64,000 nucleotides of DNA from Candidatus Hydrogenedentota bacterium (lineage in GTDB: Bacteria > Hydrogenedentota > Hydrogenedentia > Hydrogenedentales > SLHB01), in the NCBI GenBank assembly GCA_963668025.2, contig CAXXTH010000010.1, positions 1,024,001 to 1,088,000 on the forward strand, written 5' to 3'. Under the pieces are notes generated by a model that was given only the letters and a program-made list of their open reading frames with translations, was not told where the DNA came from and did no database searches. The first letter of the stretch is position 1; every line of letters begins with the position of its first letter. Of this stretch, positions 1 through 9,639 are shown piece by piece. The position numbers and the translations under genes were made by a program.

Positions 1-265
1 TTTAGGTGGAAAAGATCGGATTACGCGGGAAAAACGATTCTATGTGGTTACCGGCCAAGCATATAATCGAAGTGATAGCACCTTGTATGGCGTACAAGTG
101 GTGGTGACCATATATGGATTCGGCAATGTGGTATATGATTCGAGCACGGTGAACATCGGAAAACTTAACGGTGGAGAGCGCCGGGCGTTCAGCATTCGTT
201 TCAGCAACTTTGAGACATTAGAAAATATCACACGCTATGAATGCGTGGGTAGTTTTGAACGATAG
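1..265 (+). CDS. 3' part of an FxLYD/DUF3426-like Ig-fold domain protein (truncated by window start)
   Basis: Frame is open from position 2. The pattern 'VTGQAYNRS...V.VVVTIY..G.V......IGKL..GE...FSI' resembles FxLYD domains. Confidence 0.55.
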   Translation, partial: LGGKDRITREKRFYVVTGQAYNRSDSTLYGVQVVVTIYGFGNVVYDSSTVNIGKLNGGERRAFSIRFSNFETLENITRYECVGSFER

Positions 266-272
266 GTGAAAC

Positions 273-1415
273 ATGAAATATGGCATGCTCATAGCGCTGT
301 TGCTGGCGTTTGTTGCGGGTGCGGGGTGGTCGCAAGACAGCCCCGACAAGCCGCAGCAGGTATCCGTATCGGTAAAAATCATCGAATTCCAAGCGACCAA
401 GGGGGTGGAAACCGGTTTGAGCGCCTATTTTAAGCGCCGTGAAACCGTGGATTGGTGGGGGATTGTCCACACGCCCAAACAAGGGCTTTTGACTGCGGAT
501 GTGACTTTTCCCACCACGGATGCAACCGATGGCATTATCGTATTCCTGGACAGGCTCCGGTTGAACGAAGGTGATGTCGAGATGCTTCTCCAGGGATTGG
601 TGGATGACAACCGGGCATTTATTTTATCTCAGCCGAAGGTCATGGTGATGATTGGCGGCACCCCGAATGAGATCAAAACCGTCCAGCGCATTCCATATGA
701 AAACACGGCGGTGGTAGGTGCGACCACCGTACAAAGCACGGACTTCAAAGACACGGGCGTCACGCTGAATATCGCCGTGCCGAACATATATGATATGGAT
801 GGAAACTGGCAGACTTCGCAGGATACCTATATCCAGCTCACTGTGTCGGCGGAAGTATCGGAGGAAGGCCAGCGCCTTGTTGTCGCACTCGCGGATAACA
901 CCGGGAGCACCACCAGTACAAGCAATTCCATCAGTGCGCCAGAGTTTGTAAACCGCAGCATCAAGACCATGGTGTATGTAAACTCAGGGCAAGTTCTGGT
1001 GATGGGGGGGCTATACAACAATACAAAATCCAAAACGCTCACCACCGTGCCTTGGCTTAAAGAAACAGAGGATGTGGCGGTGGGCCTGGCGGAGCGGGTC
1101 ATTCCAGGCGACAGTATTGAATCGCCTCTCTCTTCTGTTTTTGGACACCGCGATTCCACGACAACACGCCGCGAACTGGTCTTTTTGATTAAGGCGGAAG
1201 TTTGGCGTCCCTCTTACACGGTAGCGGATGAAAACGGCATGGCTTCTTCCGAAACCGAAAACAATGCTTCTAAAAAGGCAAGTCCCTCAGATGTGATTTC
1301 CAATGTCCTTACGGGGATTTCTGAGTTGCCGCAGGAAATAGGCGAAGGTCTCAAAAACAAGGATTCCGACGATTTAGGGATCGATTCGCAGCTTGGTGCA
1401 AAGGGGAAGAAATGA
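273..1415 (+). CDS. Short secretin (type II/III secretion or pilus outer-membrane pore family)
   Basis: Signal peptide. Secretin-core motifs 'QQVSVSVKIIE', 'ILSQPKVMV', 'GQVLVMGGL', 'RRELVFLIKAEV'. Confidence 0.8.
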   Translation: MKYGMLIALLLAFVAGAGWSQDSPDKPQQVSVSVKIIEFQATKGVETGLSAYFKRRETVDWWGIVHTPKQGLLTADVTFPTTDATDGIIVFLDRLRLNEGDVEMLLQGLVDDNRAFILSQPKVMVMIGGTPNEIKTVQRIPYENTAVVGATTVQSTDFKDTGVTLNIAVPNIYDMDGNWQTSQDTYIQLTVSAEVSEEGQRLVVALADNTGSTTSTSNSISAPEFVNRSIKTMVYVNSGQVLVMGGLYNNTKSKTLTTVPWLKETEDVAVGLAERVIPGDSIESPLSSVFGHRDSTTTRRELVFLIKAEVWRPSYTVADENGMASSETENNASKKASPSDVISNVLTGISELPQEIGEGLKNKDSDDLGIDSQLGAKGKK

Positions 1416-2566
1416 TGCGCATCCGCGCAATTTGCATAGGAGTGATGTTGTACGCTGTTGTGGCGCAGTGCCAAGAGCCCGCACCGCCGCCCGCTGCACC
1501 GCCTACGCCTGCACCGGAAGCAGCGGCGCCTGCCCCAGCACCAGCACCAGCACCTGAGGCGGCTCCCGCTCCCGCGCCTGCACCTGCACCTGCACCTGCA
1601 CCTGCCCCGGCTCCCGCGCCTGCGCAAGATATTCGGCAAGTGCAGATTCAGGTTTGGATTAGCGAGACCGGCGAAGAAGGCTTGCGTGACCTGGGCGCGA
1701 ATCTTACATATACCCGTTTTGTGGACAGCATAGAACAGAATGGGTCTGTTCAACAAATCAATACGAATGTACACGATTTGGAGAGTTCAGATTTCACCGT
1801 CACGCTTCCGGTGCAAGATCAGACATTATTTACGGCTCCCATGCGCCCCGATCAATCCTCGAATCTATCCGATGGCCTCCAGGCGCAAGAAGGGGTCGGG
1901 CTCACGTTTAGTATGATCCAAAGCAATTATGGAACTATTGACGGCGTATTCAGGGCGGTTGAACGCCATACGGATTTGGACCTCATTTCGAAGCCAGAAC
2001 TGCTGGTCATTAACGGCCAGCCCGCTGAGATTCATGCAGGCGGCGAGGTTCCGTATCAAGCCATTAAATACACGCCAGGAACGACCCAGGTGCAGTTGAA
2101 TGTGCTCTGGCAGCCCATTGGAGTCAATATGCAGCTTACGCCCACCATACTCCCGAATGATATGGTGCAGCTTAATCTCACCAAATTAGAGGTGAGCGAC
2201 ATCGCCCGCATTGATTCTATTCGTGGTATTGACATGCCGGTTTTTGCGAGCCGGACCCAAAGCGGCACCGTGTTGGTGCCGAATGGGCAAACTCTGGTTA
2301 TTGGCGGATTATCGAGCCGCGTGGTGCGCCGGACCGAACGGCGTGTTCCTGTTGTAGGGGCAGTTCCTTTGCTTGGAATGCCTTTCCGTGGCCGCAACTC
2401 GGAAGCGGATATCAACCACTTGCTCATTTTTGTTTCGCCCACGGTGGTGGATCTGAATAAACCCAGCGAAACGACGGTGAGCGCGCTCGATTTTTGGCGC
2501 CGTGAGAAATGGCAGCACGAAAAAGAAATTAATGATGAGGTTACCCGGCTTGGAGATGACCTCTAG
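1412..2566 (+). CDS. Second short secretin with N-terminal Pro-Ala linker
   Basis: Motifs 'QVQIQVWISE', 'ISKPELLVINGQPAEIHAGGEVP', 'GQTLVIGGL', 'VPLLGMPFR', 'LLIFVSPTVV'. ATGA overlap with the upstream gene. Confidence 0.85.
   Translation: MMRIRAICIGVMLYAVVAQCQEPAPPPAAPPTPAPEAAAPAPAPAPAPEAAPAPAPAPAPAPAPAPAPAPAQDIRQVQIQVWISETGEEGLRDLGANLTYTRFVDSIEQNGSVQQINTNVHDLESSDFTVTLPVQDQTLFTAPMRPDQSSNLSDGLQAQEGVGLTFSMIQSNYGTIDGVFRAVERHTDLDLISKPELLVINGQPAEIHAGGEVPYQAIKYTPGTTQVQLNVLWQPIGVNMQLTPTILPNDMVQLNLTKLEVSDIARIDSIRGIDMPVFASRTQSGTVLVPNGQTLVIGGLSSRVVRRTERRVPVVGAVPLLGMPFRGRNSEADINHLLIFVSPTVVDLNKPSETTVSALDFWRREKWQHEKEINDEVTRLGDDL
1478..1624 (+). repeat. Pro-Ala coding low-complexity repeat (includes cctgca x4)
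   Basis: Encodes PAPPPAAPPTPAPEAAAPAPAPAP...; synonymous codons vary along the repeat. Confidence 0.85.
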
Positions 2567-2570
2567 CCTG

Positions 2571-3665
2571 CTAATGCTTCGCCGCGCCGTTCCCTGTTTC
2601 TGTATCAGGCAATGGGGGACTGGGAGGAGAGGGCGCATGCTGCGCCTTCTCAGTAGATTCCGCGGGAGGAAGACCGAGCAGCTTTTCGAAACCCGTGGCC
2701 GTATAATCGCCTGAGATCACTAAGCCTTCCGCATGCGCCGTTCCCTCCATATTAAGGCCGAAGTTGCGCTGGATACGTGCGCGTGACTGGCCCATCATGC
2801 TGTTTAACAGGAAGGCAAGGCTGCTTGCATCAGAGTTCTGCAGTTCAGGCCTGCATTCTGCTTCGAGTTTTACATCCAACGTGGTGAGCGATGAAAAATC
2901 AGCCCAAAGTCGTATGCTGGCTAATTTCTTTAACAAATACACTACTTGCGTCGGATGCGAAGGGCTATTCACAGGCTCATGCCAATCCAGCAGCATTGTC
3001 ACTAAGGTGAATCCCCGGCCGTCCCGGAGGTCTAGGACGAGTTCGAACAGGTGTCCGCCGCGAAGTGTTAATGGTGATAATGGAGTTACCACTCCCCAGT
3101 GTTGCCGGACAAGCGAGACGCTTTCGGGCAGGATAGGCATTGTCCCATCAAGCAGCAAGACACCCCGGCGTTTTACAACCATCTCCGGGGGATCCCATGT
3201 AATGCCCATAACGCCTTGAAGCACGCCAGAACGCATCGTTGCTTGCTGGATGATCGGCGCACCGCGGCGTGTGTTCAAGAATACCCGTACGGACGCCGAA
3301 TTGGTGTTGAGGTCCGGATCGCAGAAGACCGCCGTTTCGTACGGCAGCACCCAGTCTAATATGCCGGCGGGCGCGGAGGTGCCTGCCAGATAATGTGTTG
3401 CGATAAAATCACGGGCTTTAGCGGGATCGATTTCCATGCGCAGCGCAGTCTGTTCGGAAGCTTCAGTGGTGTGGGGAATGCGCGGCTCAGGAAGCAAAAT
3501 GCCGAACTTCGCCTGAATAATAACAGCAGCAATCACAAGCAAGATGGCCAGCGCCATCATCAATACCAAGCAGATGCGCTTCAATTTCAACGGTTGCACT
3601 CCTTGCCATAAACGAGCCATATCTTTACTTATTCTGGAAGTATAACATTTACTGCCGCTCAGCAT
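2571..3665 (-). CDS. Hypothetical membrane-anchored protein
   Basis: 364-aa ORF with one N-terminal hydrophobic helix. Start uncertain. Confidence 0.65.
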   Translation of the reverse strand: MLSGSKCYTSRISKDMARLWQGVQPLKLKRICLVLMMALAILLVIAAVIIQAKFGILLPEPRIPHTTEASEQTALRMEIDPAKARDFIATHYLAGTSAPAGILDWVLPYETAVFCDPDLNTNSASVRVFLNTRRGAPIIQQATMRSGVLQGVMGITWDPPEMVVKRRGVLLLDGTMPILPESVSLVRQHWGVVTPLSPLTLRGGHLFELVLDLRDGRGFTLVTMLLDWHEPVNSPSHPTQVVYLLKKLASIRLWADFSSLTTLDVKLEAECRPELQNSDASSLAFLLNSMMGQSRARIQRNFGLNMEGTAHAEGLVISGDYTATGFEKLLGLPPAESTEKAQHAPSPPSPPLPDTETGNGAAKH

Positions 3666-3802
3666 CCCGCCGCCATGGGGAGGGGCGTTGTTTTATGGAA
3701 AAGCTAAGCCTCCCTACATCGTAGGGAGGCGCAGGATGCTTGTCAAACCGCCAAAACCGGCTCTGCATGGAAAGGGAGTGTACGCCAGCAAAATAAGGCG
3801 TT

Positions 3803-5275
3803 CTATTCTTTCAAAGAGGCTGAACAGGTATACGTGATGTCATCAAAATAGACGGTTACACTGTTGCCATCAATCCAAGGCGTGCAAATGCCATAACGAT
3901 TAAAAGAAGCCCCAATGGCTTTATGGCCGGGCTCGAGCGGCAATACACACTTCTGGCTATCTAGTTCAACTGAGATTTCTCCACTTCCATCCCCTCCATT
4001 AGGGTCATAACGAAACACCCAGTCGTGCAGCTTCCCATCAGGATGGATTTTGGGGGCATTCTCATGGCGATCCAGGGCCTTCTCCTCATCTCCGTGAACC
4101 CGGTACACGGGATAAAAATAAAAACCCTCGGGAGATGGCCCTTCGATATAAATTCCTACATAATCTTTCGGTATGCCATGCGTTTGGGATGGATTCACTT
4201 CCATGCTTGACGCCGCGTTGTAAAAGCCAATGGAAGCCGTACTGTCCGATACCGCGCGAGTCACGCAGACTTTCCCGCTTGCATAGAGGGGCGTATTCAA
4301 TGAGAGGGTTTCGATCTTACAGCCGTAAGAAGCCAATTTCTCCGGATACCGGCAATCGCCGCGAAAAATAAGCCCGCCCAATTCACCTGGTTTTTCTCCG
4401 CCTGCGAACGTGGTGGCGCTCCATCCAAAATCAAAGTTGGGGCGGCAGTTCCAGGTTTCATACGTGCGGCGATTGTTCATTTCATCCCAGTTTGGATCTT
4501 GGCTGAAATCGAATGCCTGCCCGTTGACGGATACATCATCAAGCCAGAACTCATTCGGCTCGTCCCAGCCTTTCATCACAGGGAGCACGCCGAAATGGGT
4601 GAAAGAAGCGCCATCCGCACGATGTTCTGGAAGCAGTGTGCATACCGCCTTTTCACCATTTAATGAAAAAGTGAGGAGGCCGTATCCATCCCCCCCTTTG
4701 GGATCATATTCCATCTTCCATTCATATGCGGTATCCGCAGGAAGCGCCCGAGCCTCGATGCGCTGGCCTCGGACAATTTCGCCGATCACGCCTGCTTCGA
4801 AACGCCACATACTGGTTCCGTATTCGGCATGGCAATGAAACCCTTCTTCGCCGCGCCCGTTGAGCCGCGCTACCATCGTGTTCGGCGTGCGCCATTCATT
4901 CAGCGTGCCCGCATTAAAAAAGCCGAGGAGAAAATTGCCAGAGCCCTTTGCAATATAGATGCGCCCCGATGCGTGCAGCGCATCATCAAACGTCATCCGC
5001 TTTGGCAGGCGGTATGCACAAAAAGCCGGTTCCGCCGCTGCTTGAATCCGGCCTCCCATCTCGCCGGGAGCGCCTCCCGCATGGCTGGTGTCCGCGCTAT
5101 ATCTGAAATCCTGTGTGACCGGCCTCGGCGCAAAGTGAGTGCATCGATTATTCACTCCCTCCCAATTGCCGGGCTCCGTATCGAAATTCTCGAACTGGGT
5201 TCCTCCGGATGCTATTCCCACGGGTAACAGCATCAAGATGAAAAGCGAAGAAATGGTGATAACGCCGTTTCGCAT
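3803..5275 (-). CDS. Secreted hypothetical protein made of two repeated beta-rich domains
   Basis: GGAGGAG RBS before ATG 5275, signal peptide, and a visible internal duplication. Confidence 0.75.
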   Translation of the reverse strand: MRNGVITISSLFILMLLPVGIASGGTQFENFDTEPGNWEGVNNRCTHFAPRPVTQDFRYSADTSHAGGAPGEMGGRIQAAAEPAFCAYRLPKRMTFDDALHASGRIYIAKGSGNFLLGFFNAGTLNEWRTPNTMVARLNGRGEEGFHCHAEYGTSMWRFEAGVIGEIVRGQRIEARALPADTAYEWKMEYDPKGGDGYGLLTFSLNGEKAVCTLLPEHRADGASFTHFGVLPVMKGWDEPNEFWLDDVSVNGQAFDFSQDPNWDEMNNRRTYETWNCRPNFDFGWSATTFAGGEKPGELGGLIFRGDCRYPEKLASYGCKIETLSLNTPLYASGKVCVTRAVSDSTASIGFYNAASSMEVNPSQTHGIPKDYVGIYIEGPSPEGFYFYPVYRVHGDEEKALDRHENAPKIHPDGKLHDWVFRYDPNGGDGSGEISVELDSQKCVLPLEPGHKAIGASFNRYGICTPWIDGNSVTVYFDDITYTCSASLKE

Positions 5276-5361
5276 GATATGGCTCCTCCCATATGAAGAT
5301 ACGGCGCATGAACTGGAGTTTTTCCAGCCATGCGCCGCGCCTTTCAAAAATGTATCCGCGC

Positions 5362-6999
5362 CTATTCGAAATCGAGGCAATAGATTTTTGCTTGCCGCAT
5401 TTTGAACCGCAGCACTACAGGCTCCCCGGGCTTGACCCCTAAGTCATCTGCATTCTTCCAACGCACCAGCGTTTTGAATTGATCGCCAACGATAGGAATT
5501 GCATCCTCGAAGGTTCTGCCAGGAATGGGCTTTCCTTGGAAATCCGCCGCTTCCACAAGCACTTCACCGGTGCGCGGAGTCAATGCGTTAATTACCAGTT
5601 TCGCACCTGGGGCTAGAACCGCCATGGTGGTGAAATGGCCCTCATCCGCTGCTTCCAGCGCCATTAGCCGCCCTTTGGGCCAGCGCGCCATGCCCCATTC
5701 TTCCGCGTAACAACCGCGCGGATATTTATGCGGCAGTAAATCACCCCGGTACGGCACCACCCAGCTTCCATCTCCCAGTTCGGTGAGGCCAGGGTTGGGC
5801 ATCCACAGCGTGCCGCCATCCCAGTTTCCATAATTGGAGGCCGTTAGCACCGGACCGCCTGGCGACTTGTGCCAAACCTTGCCATCCGTACTAGAATAGA
5901 GATCGATGGCTCCCGAATCCTCTGCTTGGATATACCGGGAAGGAAACATGAGGTGGTGTTCGGGCGCATTCGGAATCGTGGTGTACATGCAGAAATAAAA
6001 AGAATCCGTGGGGGCCATGTCATTATCGGTTTCGACGACCACATCCGATAATGGAAACTCACGGAAATTGCCTGTTTCCGCCCGCCCAATCGCCCGCCGT
6101 GGCGAGAATTGATGCCAGCGCTCATGTTTCAATGGATACTCTTCGGCGCGCGGCCCCACCATATACGTCCGGGAATACATCACGTATTTTTTGATGAGGG
6201 GGTCATAGTAGATATATTGCCCGCCGTCGCTCATCTCGACACTGATGGGGTCTGGCAGCTTCGTCCAGGTGATGCCGTCAGGTGAAACGTACCCGAAGAT
6301 GGCGTGGACTCGTCCGGGATCGGTTTCCGTGGCCATGCGCTGCCAGGGCCGGCGCTGTTTGTAGGCTTCAAATTCCGCTAGATCATAATCACTGTTGGAT
6401 GCCGCTTTGAAGCGTTCTTCCGGCGGAGCGCTGGGGTCATAGCACACCCGATCCTGGGAGTCGCGGACCAGATTGTTCTCTTTACTGCCATCAAACTCCA
6501 CCAATCCTAATTTCGGCCGTATCCAGGTGGTTCCGTCCGTTGACTCCAAATAGCATTTGCCGCCGGGCTTGCATTCTCCCCAAGCCATGATCTTGCCTTC
6601 AACTTGGAGTAATGAATGGATTTTAATGCCTTCTGCTTCCCATGGATATTCCGGCTGGATCGCGAGTTCGCCTTTCTCCGCAGGCTCGCATACCAGCCGG
6701 ACGCCATGCGGCACATCCATTTCCACCCAATGCACATTCGGATCATTCGGCTCCGCCTTTACATCACGATTGGCGAATACGCTTTCCCCTTCATTATTTT
6801 GCCAATCGAAGCGGCCAGGGCGAATCCAATACCAAGTGGTGAAAACCATCCGCTTGCCCCTTAATGCATAGGGCTCGCCATAACCCAGCTCGTGGTTCAT
6901 CGCTTGCGCCAAAGGCGCTACAATATAGAGTGCTAGGCACACTGTCCAAAAAGCGCACGAGAACCATGCAGCACCGTTTGTATGAAATCGAAATGCCAT
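5362..6999 (-). CDS. Secreted beta-propeller glycoside-hydrolase-like protein (GH32/43/130-like fold)
   Basis: Signal peptide, repeated S-x-D-G-x-x-W boxes, C-terminal 'LVINA...GEVLVE...G.PIPG' beta domain. Confidence 0.65.
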   Translation of the reverse strand: MAFRFHTNGAAWFSCAFWTVCLALYIVAPLAQAMNHELGYGEPYALRGKRMVFTTWYWIRPGRFDWQNNEGESVFANRDVKAEPNDPNVHWVEMDVPHGVRLVCEPAEKGELAIQPEYPWEAEGIKIHSLLQVEGKIMAWGECKPGGKCYLESTDGTTWIRPKLGLVEFDGSKENNLVRDSQDRVCYDPSAPPEERFKAASNSDYDLAEFEAYKQRRPWQRMATETDPGRVHAIFGYVSPDGITWTKLPDPISVEMSDGGQYIYYDPLIKKYVMYSRTYMVGPRAEEYPLKHERWHQFSPRRAIGRAETGNFREFPLSDVVVETDNDMAPTDSFYFCMYTTIPNAPEHHLMFPSRYIQAEDSGAIDLYSSTDGKVWHKSPGGPVLTASNYGNWDGGTLWMPNPGLTELGDGSWVVPYRGDLLPHKYPRGCYAEEWGMARWPKGRLMALEAADEGHFTTMAVLAPGAKLVINALTPRTGEVLVEAADFQGKPIPGRTFEDAIPIVGDQFKTLVRWKNADDLGVKPGEPVVLRFKMRQAKIYCLDFE

Positions 7000-7025
7000 T
7001 TTTTTTACCTCCGGTTGAGCCGCCG

Positions 7026-8504
7026 TTAATCAGATAGATAAAAGCCAAAAAAACGGGCGTTCTTAAATAGAAATTCCAGGCGCACCTCCTTTGTTTTTAA
7101 CTCTTCGAGGGGCAGTTTCCACTTCACTTGCGCATGCGGCGCATTGTCCGATATGGGAGTGCAATCAGCATGGGAATAACCAGGAATAGGTTTATTCTCT
7201 TTATCGAGAAGGCTAACGGTCATTGCGCCATTGGCGGCATCGGCGTTCACATGAATCTTGCCGCCTTTCCATGCCAGCAAGGGCGTCCGTATCATGCCGC
7301 CTTCAGGGCCCGCGCGCCTGCTCACATACCGATCTAGATCCATACGCATTAATCCGATCTGCCGTTCTTCAAAACGGTTCACTTTATGGCCCCGCGCATA
7401 TCCGCCATAATACAGGAAGGTTTTATCCTCCACGATGAGCTGTTCATCAATCCAGGCATGGGAATGGTCCCACGCACTACGCTCTGGATTCCGCTCAAAG
7501 AACGGCTCGGTGTCGCGCACCCAGGTCTTGCCGTCCCGGCTCCAAGCAAGAGCGGTGTAGCCTATTCCGTACGCATCCGATGGAGCAGGAGGTTCATCCG
7601 CGCGCAGGTCATCCCGCAACACCTTCACCATGCCGATGAGCAGGCCTCCCCGTGCGAGGTAGCCGTCCATGGCGTAGAACTGCATTTCTCCTTCATCCCG
7701 TTTGGAATCCGGCAGCAGCACATACCAAGGCTCGGACCACGTGCGCAGATCGCGGCTTTGGGATTGCATGGTAATGCGCCGGTTTCCCTTCCAGTATTCG
7801 TCTGCATCTTTACGGACCGATAATGTGGCGGTGTAACACTTGCGGATGGGATCAAAATACAAGCCGTTGATATCATGATTTTGGTGGAGAACCGGTTTCG
7901 GAAATAGGGGCGTCCAGGCAAGCCCATCCGGTGACACGGCAATTTTGAGCCCGTCTTCCATGTGCCATACATATTTGAAACGGCTCGATGGATCCGCATA
8001 TCCAGGGCCATCGTCCACCACGGAAACGCCAAACTGGATGGGCGCGGGCTCCGCAAGGGTGCGTGCAGGACGTTCCCAATGGATTCCATCGCCAGATTCG
8101 ATATATCCGATATGTGAACGCAACGTATTAAAATCTTCCGTATGGCGTCCGTACCACATACGAAATCTGCCTGTTTTATCATCCCGCAACACGGTCAAGT
8201 AGGGCTGGAAACAGCCATCTTCCATGCCCGTGATGAGGGGATTCCCAATCGCCGGATCCCGGAGGGGCGATTCCACCACTCGAACCACGCCCCGGCTTTC
8301 CGCAATCAAATAATCATCAATGAACAGGTATGGCCCTGGCTCTAGGGGGATAGGCGATTCCAGAGCGGGCGCGGCTCCCGGCGTATATATCTGGGCGTAG
8401 GTGTAGGTGATAGGCGTGTTTTCGCAGGATATTGCTTCATCTGATGCATTTGCTATTTGCACAAGCGGCATGAGCATTAGCAAGAAACACAGGGCATATG
8501 GCAT
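7026..8504 (-). CDS. Secreted beta-propeller glycoside-hydrolase-like protein, paralogue of 5362-6999
   Basis: 'YLFIDDYLI', 'ESGDGIHW', 'SPDGLAW', 'WSRDGKTW', and the same C-terminal domain. Confidence 0.7.
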   Translation of the reverse strand: MPYALCFLLMLMPLVQIANASDEAISCENTPITYTYAQIYTPGAAPALESPIPLEPGPYLFIDDYLIAESRGVVRVVESPLRDPAIGNPLITGMEDGCFQPYLTVLRDDKTGRFRMWYGRHTEDFNTLRSHIGYIESGDGIHWERPARTLAEPAPIQFGVSVVDDGPGYADPSSRFKYVWHMEDGLKIAVSPDGLAWTPLFPKPVLHQNHDINGLYFDPIRKCYTATLSVRKDADEYWKGNRRITMQSQSRDLRTWSEPWYVLLPDSKRDEGEMQFYAMDGYLARGGLLIGMVKVLRDDLRADEPPAPSDAYGIGYTALAWSRDGKTWVRDTEPFFERNPERSAWDHSHAWIDEQLIVEDKTFLYYGGYARGHKVNRFEERQIGLMRMDLDRYVSRRAGPEGGMIRTPLLAWKGGKIHVNADAANGAMTVSLLDKENKPIPGYSHADCTPISDNAPHAQVKWKLPLEELKTKEVRLEFLFKNARFFGFYLSD

Positions 8505-8522
8505 GGGGCCACCTCCTTTTTG

Positions 8523-9605
8523 TCACCATCTCCGAAGAGACGGGAGCATTGCACGCGCGTGTTCGATGGAAGGAACAACGGGCTGCACGCATAAGCCATT
8601 TGGCGAGAGGGCTTTCTTCAGCGCCGCCACATCGTTTTCGCTGAAACGGCCTTTAAGCAGCAGGCATCGGCCGTGTTCCTGAATTTTCACCAGGCTTGGC
8701 AGCATGTCTTCTATTCGTATGCCGCCTTCATCTTTAGATACTTGGAAAACGCGGATGCCTTTGATATCCAGCAATTCATCCAGCATGAATATCGCGCTGG
8801 CATGTATATGCATTAAGGTATAATCCCAGTTTTCCGCCAAATGGGCATTCAGCGGCTTGAGATGCTCCCGGTATAAATCCGGAGTGAGCAGAGAGGCGTT
8901 GTCCTCCTGAATACGCGCCACGGAACCAGGGGCCCATAATTCATACTGGCCGATCACATGGCCGCCCGCGAATTCAGGGAGGTGCGCCATTTGGCAGTGA
9001 TAAAATGCTTCCAAAAAAGCATTGAGATCCCGCAATACTGGATCAGCCGCTTCGGGCTGCGTCATAAGCAATAAAACGGCCTGCTCCGGCCCGAATAACG
9101 CGGCGAACAAATCGGAAACGCCCCGGAGCACGGATTGCCCTATTGGATATTCGCCGTCAAACGCCCGGCTGTAGACATCCAAAAACTCCATATACTTCCG
9201 CACCCATGGATTGGCGGCGTCGAACACAACCGGTTCATACGCCTCGATTCCAGACAGATGCGATTGGCTGGCGAATTGGGCGTTCGTGGATACGACGGAG
9301 CAACCGAGCGCTGCTTCCATCCATGGCAGCGACGCAAAAGGCATAGCGGCGCGTAAAAGGTCATCTCCTACCGCTGACGCCTGTTCGAGGTAGTGGCGTT
9401 GTGCTTCCACAAAATCTTCGGGCAGGACATCTTCCGGTTGAATGCAGGATTTTCCCCATAATTTCGCCGCGCCCGGATTGGACTGCCAATAGCTCCACGA
9501 ATCGGGGCCCGAGCCGGCGATCATTCCCAACAAGGGGCTTTTAACCGCATCCCGGTTCAAGAATGCTTGGTGGCGCTCCGTAATGAGGCGGATATCTTCA
9601 TTCAT
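8523..9605 (-). CDS. UroD/MtaA (methylcobamide methyltransferase-like) TIM-barrel protein, divergent
   Basis: 'PWMEAALGC', 'LRGVSD', 'IQEDNASLLTP..Y', 'MHIH'. Confidence 0.6.
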   Translation of the reverse strand: MNEDIRLITERHQAFLNRDAVKSPLLGMIAGSGPDSWSYWQSNPGAAKLWGKSCIQPEDVLPEDFVEAQRHYLEQASAVGDDLLRAAMPFASLPWMEAALGCSVVSTNAQFASQSHLSGIEAYEPVVFDAANPWVRKYMEFLDVYSRAFDGEYPIGQSVLRGVSDLFAALFGPEQAVLLLMTQPEAADPVLRDLNAFLEAFYHCQMAHLPEFAGGHVIGQYELWAPGSVARIQEDNASLLTPDLYREHLKPLNAHLAENWDYTLMHIHASAIFMLDELLDIKGIRVFQVSKDEGGIRIEDMLPSLVKIQEHGRCLLLKGRFSENDVAALKKALSPNGLCVQPVVPSIEHARAMLPSLRRW

Positions 9606-9639
9606 ATGCGGTTATTCCTTTTGCATATATGTATCTAGT

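Noticed and set aside
1478-1624. Pro-Ala repeat as a CRISPR array or phase-variation tract
   Set aside because: In-frame hexamer units with synonymous variation and no spacers indicate an ordinary linker.
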